From Candidatus Methanomethylicia archaeon (GTDB taxonomy: Archaea > Thermoproteota > Methanomethylicia > CALHIW01), in assembly GCA_038845975.1 (NCBI GenBank), contig JAWBQF010000047.1, positions 1 to 14,691 of the forward strand: DNA of 14,691 nucleotides, read 5' to 3'. Below the pieces are notes generated by a model that was not told where the DNA came from, searched no databases, and saw nothing but the letters and a program-made list of their open reading frames with translations. Positions 1 through 5,953 of the stretch are shown in pieces (position 1 is the first letter of the stretch; every line of letters starts with the position of its first letter). A program made the position numbers and the translations under genes.

Positions 1-54
1 GGTTGTATGGGTTTAATCTTTTCAATAACTTAAACCTTATAAATTCTACAATTA

Positions 55-306
55 TTAAAGTTTCAATCTTTCTTCTAATCTTTTTGAAAAAATTGGTACT
101 AATTCTAACCAATTATAATCAATACAGTCTTCAACTTCATGAGGAATGCCTCTATCTATTTTTTCTTTACAAATCTCTGAAATTAAACGGTTTACTTCTT
201 CATAAATTACTGGATCTTTAATAATTTTCTCACCTATAAGTTCAATTATCTTTTTCTCTATTTTCTTTTCTGCACCTAACTTGATTATTTCACTCATATA
301 TATCAA
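55..306 (-). CDS. Small helical hypothetical protein (83 aa, 2 Cys)
   Basis: ORF track; E/K/I-rich coding-like composition; co-oriented with neighbours. True start may be the internal Met (MSEII). Confidence 0.7.
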   Translation of the reverse strand: MIYMSEIIKLGAEKKIEKKIIELIGEKIIKDPVIYEEVNRLISEICKEKIDRGIPHEVEDCIDYNWLELVPIFSKRLEERLKL

Positions 307-445
307 CTGATATTTTTATTACTAATACTTTTATTTATCTTTTACTATTTTTTGATCATCTTTAATTAATCATCTACGAATAGCTTCTTTAACTAAACTC
401 TTTATCGTATTATTTAAATACTTTTAAAGTTGGTCATTATCTATT

Positions 446-709
446 TTATCGCCTTACTATAAACTCAGAGCATGTAACTTCTTCCATTGCTTTCTCATAT
501 CCAACTTCCTTTATTCTATTATACATTTTTTCCATATTATCTACTATACACTCAAGCAAATCCCAGCTAGTCTTACCACTACATATCTTTTCAACTACAC
601 ATCTATGAGCAGAACTAACTTGCTTACCAGTTAATTCACCAGCTAATTCAGACAAAAATTTAGCTAAGAATAGCTCAGCAGTTCTTTCAGCAACAAATTT
701 ATTGTTCAA
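446..709 (-). CDS. Hypothetical protein (87 aa, 4 Cys), paralog of the 45-aa protein at 795-932
   Basis: GGTGA RBS before TTG start; shares G..V...H..VV......K..WDLL.CIVD.M...Y with 795-932. Confidence 0.8.
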   Translation of the reverse strand: MNNKFVAERTAELFLAKFLSELAGELTGKQVSSAHRCVVEKICSGKTSWDLLECIVDNMEKMYNRIKEVGYEKAMEEVTCSEFIVRR

Positions 710-719
710 TTAAAATCAC

Positions 720-794
720 CAATAAAAAATATGATAGAGGAGAAAAAAAAGCTTTCGATAAAAAAAATAAAAAATAAAAAAAACTTGTTTTTTT
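720..794 (-). terminator. Oligo-T archaeal terminator downstream of the 45-aa gene
   Basis: Several T5-T8 runs on the minus strand (A runs on +) right after the stop at 795. Confidence 0.6.
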
Positions 795-932
795 TTAGCC
801 TTTATGTTCTTTATATTCTCTATGCATTTCGTCAACTATACACGCTAATAAATCCCATCCTACTTTTGTTTCTTTACATCTATCTACAACTGCTTTATGT
901 TTTCTTACAACCTCAGGTCCTTTGTATGGCAT
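795..932 (-). CDS. Unannotated 45-aa protein MPYKGPEVVRKHKAVVDRCKETKVGWDLLACIVDEMHREYKEHKG
   Basis: Translated by hand. GGTGA RBS 5 nt before ATG, TTAAATA box just upstream, oligo-T terminator downstream, clear paralogy to 446-709. Confidence 0.85.
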   Translation of the reverse strand: MPYKGPEVVRKHKAVVDRCKETKVGWDLLACIVDEMHREYKEHKG

Positions 933-957
933 TAATATCACCAAACTTAATATTTAA

Positions 958-1206
958 CTATACTTTATTTATACTTTTGTCCGACAATGTGTCAGACTTC
1001 TTAACAATCTTTGTAGCCTTTTCTATTGCATCTACTATTCCAATAGTATAGTAATCTTGCCTAATGTTCAGTATCAATCCAGTAAGCTCTATGCAAAATT
1101 TAATAGCATTTGATATCTCATCAGTTCTAAGAGCGTTCATAAGCTCTTTCAATATTTCCAATTGTCCTTTATTAAGTCTTACAGTTACTTTTTTTGACTT
1201 TATCAT
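958..1206 (-). CDS. Ribbon-helix-helix (CopG-like) DNA-binding protein
   Basis: N-terminal KKVTVRL beta strand followed by two helices (QLEILKELM...EISNAIKFCIE); ATGA overlap with the upstream gene. Confidence 0.75.
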   Translation of the reverse strand: MIKSKKVTVRLNKGQLEILKELMNALRTDEISNAIKFCIELTGLILNIRQDYYTIGIVDAIEKATKIVKKSDTLSDKSINKV

Positions 1207-1985
1207 TGCTTAGTCGCCATCTTAATCATTTTCTCAATGTCTTCATCAGTTATACCTTTTGATTTTCCTTCTTCAATCAATACTCTTATGAACTCCTCAT
1301 TACTAATCTCATTTTTTAAGTACTTTTGTAAAGCTTCAAAGCATTTATCACCTATTCTCTCACATAGTATTTTGAAGAACTTATTAGGATCTACATTACA
1401 TGCTGGACACTCACCATACTTAATCCTATACTTTTCAGCCATTTCATATGCCTTATCTAATAGCCTCTTAACCATATCTTTTGCAATTCTTAAATCATCT
1501 ATACTATTAGATACAGTTGTTAAACCTTTAGCCCACATAAACTTTCTAATATCTCTTTGAAGTACCTTTATTTCATCTAATGCTTTTTTAAATTCTTCAT
1601 CTTTAACATTTGTTCCAAGATCATCTTCAGCTGTTACTATTTCTTCTATTGCTCTTCTAATTTTCTCTCTAGCTTCTGGAGTTATTTTACCATACTTTAA
1701 GCTAAATCTCTCAGCTTCTTCCAATAATCCATGTGCTTTTGCATAATGACGCTCTAAACATTCTGCACATGCATCTTCTTTACTTTGACCTGGGTAACTT
1801 GGTGAGAAAACTCCAGTTTCTCTTTGCTCATAGATTGGCTTATATATTATCTTATTATCAAACTCATTAAGTACATTATCCAATTTTTTTATTATTGAAT
1901 CTAAGTCTTCTATTAATCTAAGTGGTACTTTAAGTACTTCATCTGGATTTTCAAATACTTTTAGTAATTTCTCCAACCTGACCAC
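1203..1985 (-). CDS. Alpha-helical hypothetical protein with CxxCxxxHxxxxH and CxxC motifs
   Basis: 260-aa ORF; motifs CAECLERHYAKAH and CPAC; overlaps the end of the 428-aa gene. Confidence 0.85.
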   Translation of the reverse strand: MVRLEKLLKVFENPDEVLKVPLRLIEDLDSIIKKLDNVLNEFDNKIIYKPIYEQRETGVFSPSYPGQSKEDACAECLERHYAKAHGLLEEAERFSLKYGKITPEAREKIRRAIEEIVTAEDDLGTNVKDEEFKKALDEIKVLQRDIRKFMWAKGLTTVSNSIDDLRIAKDMVKRLLDKAYEMAEKYRIKYGECPACNVDPNKFFKILCERIGDKCFEALQKYLKNEISNEEFIRVLIEEGKSKGITDEDIEKMIKMATKQ

Positions 1986-3237
1986 CTCTAGGTTTTAGAT
2001 TAGCTACAGACTTTATTAGTTCTTCTTCAAGCTTCAATATTTCCTCACTTTTCTCAAGCTTCTTTTTTATCTCTTCAGCTTTTTTAACTCTTTCTTCAGG
2101 AGTTCTTTTAACCTCAGGTTTCCATGTATTACTTATAGTAGAAATCTTATCAAGTAATTGTGCAGCTCTTTGATCAATTCTATCTACAATTGAGTCTAGT
2201 AAATCTGCTGTTGTCCTGCCACCTTTTTGAAAACCAAGTCTCTTGGCAATTTCCTCATATATTGTTAATTCTTCAATAAGGTTTGGCCTCTTCTTCAATT
2301 CCTCAAGCTCTTTCTTAATTATTTCAACTTCTTTTTTATGTAATTCTTCTCTTAATTTTTCAATCTCTTTTTTAGACTCGTCATCAGTCTTTAAATATAA
2401 TGGTGCAAGATAAGCTGGTACTTGAATTTCCTTATCACCAATTTTAACCGGTACTGTTGGTTCTTTCTTTCTTTCAGTCTCTTCTGTTATTTTCTTTATT
2501 TCAGCCTCAAGCTTCTTCATATTAAGCTCATGCTCCTGCTTTCTACGTTCATACTCCTCTCTTTCTCTTAAGAAGCGTTGCCAAGCCATATACCCACTTT
2601 CATCTGTCTCAATCTCTTGTCCATCAACTACTATTTTATATGTCTTTGGAGGCTTAGGTGGAGTATAATATTGAATCAATGGTGTTGTATAATAATATGA
2701 GCTATACTGTTGATATGGATTACTTAAATATGGTTGATATGGTACTTGAGGGGTATACATTGGCATAGGAGGTGGTGATTGAGATGTACTTTCAACATAC
2801 TTTGCAATTGCCTGAGGTAAGTTAGGAAACTTAGCATATAATGGGCTTATAACAAATGCAGATAGGTGTGAGTCATATGCCCTAGGAGCCATACTTTTTA
2901 TAAATGCATGTAAAGCATTTGGATTACCAAGTGGCATTGGATTCTCTTTAAGTGATTGAACTAATATCTTATCGTACTTCTCAATTCCATATACTTTTGG
3001 CAATCTCTCTCCCAAGAATGCTAAAGCCTCTTCAATTATTGAAACTTCCCATGGTTTTGGTAGTTCAGTTTCTGATTCTGGCTCCTCGACCTCTACTGCT
3101 TCGAACATCTTCTCCCAATCATCCCAAGGTGATTCATTAAGTTTTTCTGGGTGCACAAGATTGAAGTGCCCAAACTTTCCATGTTTATCAACCAACTTTT
3201 CACATATAGGACACTTAAACTTAGTTACCTTACCCAC
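1951..3237 (-). CDS. C2H2 Zn-finger / Pro-Tyr-Gln linker / coiled-coil protein
   Basis: CPIC-x11-H-x4-H at the N-terminus; P/Y/Q-rich middle; long E/K heptad C-terminal half; purine-rich RBS (AGGAGGGG) upstream. Confidence 0.88.
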   Translation of the reverse strand: MGKVTKFKCPICEKLVDKHGKFGHFNLVHPEKLNESPWDDWEKMFEAVEVEEPESETELPKPWEVSIIEEALAFLGERLPKVYGIEKYDKILVQSLKENPMPLGNPNALHAFIKSMAPRAYDSHLSAFVISPLYAKFPNLPQAIAKYVESTSQSPPPMPMYTPQVPYQPYLSNPYQQYSSYYYTTPLIQYYTPPKPPKTYKIVVDGQEIETDESGYMAWQRFLREREEYERRKQEHELNMKKLEAEIKKITEETERKKEPTVPVKIGDKEIQVPAYLAPLYLKTDDESKKEIEKLREELHKKEVEIIKKELEELKKRPNLIEELTIYEEIAKRLGFQKGGRTTADLLDSIVDRIDQRAAQLLDKISTISNTWKPEVKRTPEERVKKAEEIKKKLEKSEEILKLEEELIKSVANLKPRGGQVGEITKSI

Positions 3238-3283
3238 CCCATCCCCTCCTACTATACTTTATTACTAAAATATTAACTAAGTC

Positions 3284-3319
3284 TAGATCTAATCTTATAT
3301 ACTCAAGTATAAGTTGAGT
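3284..3319. promoter_or_regulatory. Overlapping palindromes upstream of the 428-aa gene (possible operator)
   Basis: TAGATCTA (3284-3291); TATAC-tcaa-GTATA; ACTCAA-n7-TTGAGT (3301-3319). Confidence 0.3.
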
Positions 3320-3332
3320 TAAATTTTCTATT

Positions 3333-3530
3333 CTATCCAGCATATCTCTCAGCCTCTATAGCCTTTAATATCTCATTAACCATAAAGTATAAGCATGCTC
3401 TCATAGTATCACCAATAGTTGGTTCTTTAATTTTACCTTGTTTATATAAATATTGAGCTAGTATTTCAATTACTTTTTTCTCCTCTTCTGTAACTCTAAT
3501 ACTTATTATTGTTGTAGTCATAATACACAC
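3333..3530 (-). CDS. RHH-like transcriptional regulator
   Basis: TIISIRVTEEEKKVIE (strand plus helix), then TIGDTMRACL (second helix); first gene of the left arm. Confidence 0.75.
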   Translation of the reverse strand: MCIMTTTIISIRVTEEEKKVIEILAQYLYKQGKIKEPTIGDTMRACLYFMVNEILKAIEAERYAG

Positions 3531-3643
3531 TAATATATATTGTATAATTAACTCTATTAAATATTTCGTTCAACTATTACACTATTGTAATGGTATAGTG
3601 TTACAAAATTATTTATACTATATTATAATTAATATGTATTTGT
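3531..3643. promoter_or_regulatory. Divergent promoter region with central inverted repeats
   Basis: TATA-like boxes in each direction (TTTATAC near 3612; ATTAAATA near 3556-3563). Central TTACACTAT-n9-ATAGTGTTA repeat (3577-3603) with interleaved TTACA/TGTAA half-sites. Confidence 0.6.
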
Positions 3644-4387
3644 GTGATAGAATTGATTAAGATAGGAGTTGTTAGTGGAAAAGGAGGGGTTGGAAAGAGT
3701 ACAATAGCAGTAAGTATGGCAATTGCATTAGTAAAGAAAGGATTCAAAGTTGGATTAGTAGATATTGATATAACAGGACCAAATATACATGACCTACTAG
3801 GTAAATCAGAATTAAAAATAACAAGTGATGATAAATTTATTCCTACAGAATCAATGGGAGTAAAATATATATCAATTGGAGAAATTGCAAGTGATGGACT
3901 TCCAATACTATGGGATTCTAAAGATGTTAAAAGTGCTGCTAAGCAATTAATGGAAAGAACTGAATGGGGAAATTTAGATTTCTTAATATTTGATTTCCCA
4001 CCTGGCTTTGGTCCTGAGGTAATTGAAATGCTTCCATTAATGGACTATGTTTTAATAGTTACTATTCCATCAGTTCTTTCTAAAAGCAAAGTTGATAGAA
4101 TTGTTGAAGCTTGTCGTGAATATCAAGTTAAAATACTTGGAGTAGTAATGAATATGTCTTACTTAATATGTCCATTTTGTAATACAAAATATAGAATATT
4201 TTCTGAAGACCATAGCTTTGAAGAATTAGGAATACCAACTATAGCTGAATTTCCATTTTGTAATACAAAATATATTAATGAATTTCCAGTAGAATCATTT
4301 ATAAAAGCATTGAATAATCCAATTATTCTAAAGAAGAAAAGATCACTTAAAAGAAAATTACTAAAATTATTATTGAAGGTGAGATAA
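3644..4387 (+). CDS. Mrp/NBP35-like (MinD/ParA superfamily) P-loop ATPase
   Basis: Deviant Walker A SGKGGVGKST; VDIDITGP; WGNLDFLIFDFPPG; LGVVMNMSYLICPFC (cf. Mrp ENMS...CPxC); basic amphipathic C-terminal tail. Confidence 0.92.
   Translation: MIELIKIGVVSGKGGVGKSTIAVSMAIALVKKGFKVGLVDIDITGPNIHDLLGKSELKITSDDKFIPTESMGVKYISIGEIASDGLPILWDSKDVKSAAKQLMERTEWGNLDFLIFDFPPGFGPEVIEMLPLMDYVLIVTIPSVLSKSKVDRIVEACREYQVKILGVVMNMSYLICPFCNTKYRIFSEDHSFEELGIPTIAEFPFCNTKYINEFPVESFIKALNNPIILKKKRSLKRKLLKLLLKVR
4171..4274 (+). repeat. Perfect 23-bp direct repeat inside the ATPase gene
   Basis: TCCATTTTGTAATACAAAATATA at 4171-4193 and 4252-4274; in frame, giving PFCNTKY twice. Confidence 0.95.
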
Positions 4388-4782
4388 TGGGATTTGTAAA
4401 AGACATAATAGATAAGATTCTATCTATTCAAGATAGATTTTATCCAGAGACAATTGAATACTATAAAATGGGAGAGGGGAAAGTATCATTATTGAGAGTA
4501 GTTGGTATAGATGGAGAATCAGTATTGCTTAAGGTTGATGGAGGAAAAATAAAATATGCTAAAGGAGATGAAACACCAGTACATATACTTAGATGTAGTA
4601 CAGATACATTCTTAGATCTTATTTCAGGAGAAGAGGATTTGAGAGATGCAATGACAAAAGGACACTTTATTATAGAAAGTGCAGCTACTTGTACAATGGA
4701 CTTAGTAGAAATGGAGAAATGGGCTAAGGCTTTTTCTAGACTTAGGAGATTAATAAATAAATATATTGGTGGTAAAGTATGA
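4387..4782 (+). CDS. SCP2 (sterol carrier protein 2)-like lipid-binding protein
   Basis: LKVDGGKIKY...ILRCSTDTFLDLISGEEDLRDAMTKGHFIIE matches the SCP2 pattern (..F..L..G..D...A...G.l.i.); TAATG coupling to the ATPase gene. Confidence 0.75.
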   Translation: MGFVKDIIDKILSIQDRFYPETIEYYKMGEGKVSLLRVVGIDGESVLLKVDGGKIKYAKGDETPVHILRCSTDTFLDLISGEEDLRDAMTKGHFIIESAATCTMDLVEMEKWAKAFSRLRRLINKYIGGKV

Positions 4783-5732
4783 ATGTATATGAATTATTTA
4801 AAGCAAGGGGTAAGTTTAGATTAAAGCATTATATATATGCATGGATTATATCAGCAAGACTTTTTGCACTACCATGGGTTATACTATATACTATATTCGG
4901 AATACTATTAGCTGGTATAACAAACATTGAAAGAGCTATTGCATCTTGTCTTATAGTAGCTTTTATTTTACTTTCATCACACTTTAATAATAATTATAAA
5001 GATGTTGAACTTGGCATAGATAAGTATGTGGATTCAATTGAAGAAGCTGAGAAGATATGTTCAACTTTAAAGCCATATACTGCTGGAGCTTGGATGGTTC
5101 CATTAAGAATAACAAGTATTAAATTTCAAAAAGCTAATGATTTTCTATTCATGACTTTAGCTATTTTGACTTACTTAATATTCTTTACAAAAGAATTAAG
5201 TATTTTAATTTCATCACTACCAATACTATTATTAGGATTATCTACTGGAAGACTATATACTACATTCTTTAAGTATAGAAAGTTGGGAGAAGTTGCTGCT
5301 TTCCTAGGTCATGGATTTGGAACAACAGCTTTTGGATTTCTATCACAAATACCTGATATTATAACTGCTATTCTAATTGGAATACCAACTGGTCTTATAT
5401 CAGCATTAGCATATAGTGTTGATCAATTTATAGATATAAAGACAGATTTCATTAAAAGAGTTAGATGTATTTATGAAAGTTGGTTCAATAGTAGAATGCC
5501 TCTTGGTCTATATGTTTTAGTAACGTTTGTATTTTGGATTAATGTTGTAATTGCATGGGTTGTTGCTGGAATATATCCACGTGGTGTATTAATTGTTATT
5601 TCATTAATACCTGCTTTTCTATTCTTTTCACCACAACTTGAGTATAATAGAGAGAAAGCACTACTTAATATTGTTATAATAGCAATTGTATTAATACCTC
5701 TTTTAATGTGTATAGGAGTAATAATTAAATGA
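4779..5732 (+). CDS. UbiA-superfamily intramembrane prenyltransferase, MenA/UBIAD1-like
   Basis: About 8-9 hydrophobic segments; AR...LP start; HFNNNYKDVELGID (cf. NxxNDYxDxxxGxD); KYRKLGE (cf. LKYRGLGE); second acidic motif DQFIDIKTD; ATGA coupling. Confidence 0.87.
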   Translation: MNVYELFKARGKFRLKHYIYAWIISARLFALPWVILYTIFGILLAGITNIERAIASCLIVAFILLSSHFNNNYKDVELGIDKYVDSIEEAEKICSTLKPYTAGAWMVPLRITSIKFQKANDFLFMTLAILTYLIFFTKELSILISSLPILLLGLSTGRLYTTFFKYRKLGEVAAFLGHGFGTTAFGFLSQIPDIITAILIGIPTGLISALAYSVDQFIDIKTDFIKRVRCIYESWFNSRMPLGLYVLVTFVFWINVVIAWVVAGIYPRGVLIVISLIPAFLFFSPQLEYNREKALLNIVIIAIVLIPLLMCIGVIIK

Positions 5733-5953
5733 AAAATAAATATAAGAAATTAGATTTTATTATTGGGGTGCTTGAAATGAATGAGTTAATAAAGGACTTT
5801 AGAAATGATATTAAGAAGTTAATTGAAACATTGATAACATTGAATAATAACTTAGCAAAGCTTGAGTCATTTACAGTATCAATAGAAAAGCTAACTAAGG
5901 AATTAGAAGAGATTAATAAAAACTTTAAACTTTTAATGGAGATGAATAAATAA
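5729..5953 (+). CDS. Small coiled-coil protein (alternative start at 5777, 58 aa)
   Basis: Heptad L/I pattern; GGGGTG RBS before the ATG at 5777; TAATG coupling to the protease gene. Confidence 0.75.
   Translation: MKNKYKKLDFIIGVLEMNELIKDFRNDIKKLIETLITLNNNLAKLESFTVSIEKLTKELEEINKNFKLLMEMNK

Noticed and set aside
1-25. Possible truncated minus-strand gene starting TTG (MKRLNPYN...)
   Set aside because: Only eight codons visible; plausible but not supportable.
3-221. 72-aa plus-strand ORF
   Set aside because: Antisense shadow of 55-306; L/F-rich composition is what the reverse complement of E/K codons gives; no RBS.
307-445. Possible small gene or pseudogene in the gap
   Set aside because: Only very short frames found by hand; likely promoter or terminator sequence.
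731-1051. 106-aa hydrophobic plus-strand ORF resembling a membrane protein
   Set aside because: Runs through the terminator A/T tracts and antisense to the 45-aa and RHH genes, which have much better support.
1237-1560. 107-aa plus-strand ORF
   Set aside because: Antisense shadow of the 260-aa gene.
2952-3140. 62-aa plus-strand ORF
   Set aside because: Antisense shadow within the 428-aa gene.
4171-4274. Mini-CRISPR array or att site from the 23-bp repeat
   Set aside because: Only two copies, 58-bp spacer, in frame within a coding region, no cas, integrase or tRNA gene nearby.
3644-4387. ATPase as genome-packaging motor or plasmid ParA
   Set aside because: Motifs are Mrp/MinD-type, not FtsK/HerA or terminase; no ParB-like partner, although the divergent RHH leaves a partition role not fully excluded.
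3644-5732. Ordinary chromosomal menaquinone or Fe-S assembly operon
   Set aside because: No other men/mqn/ubi/suf genes in the window, motifs are altered, and the context is virus-like.
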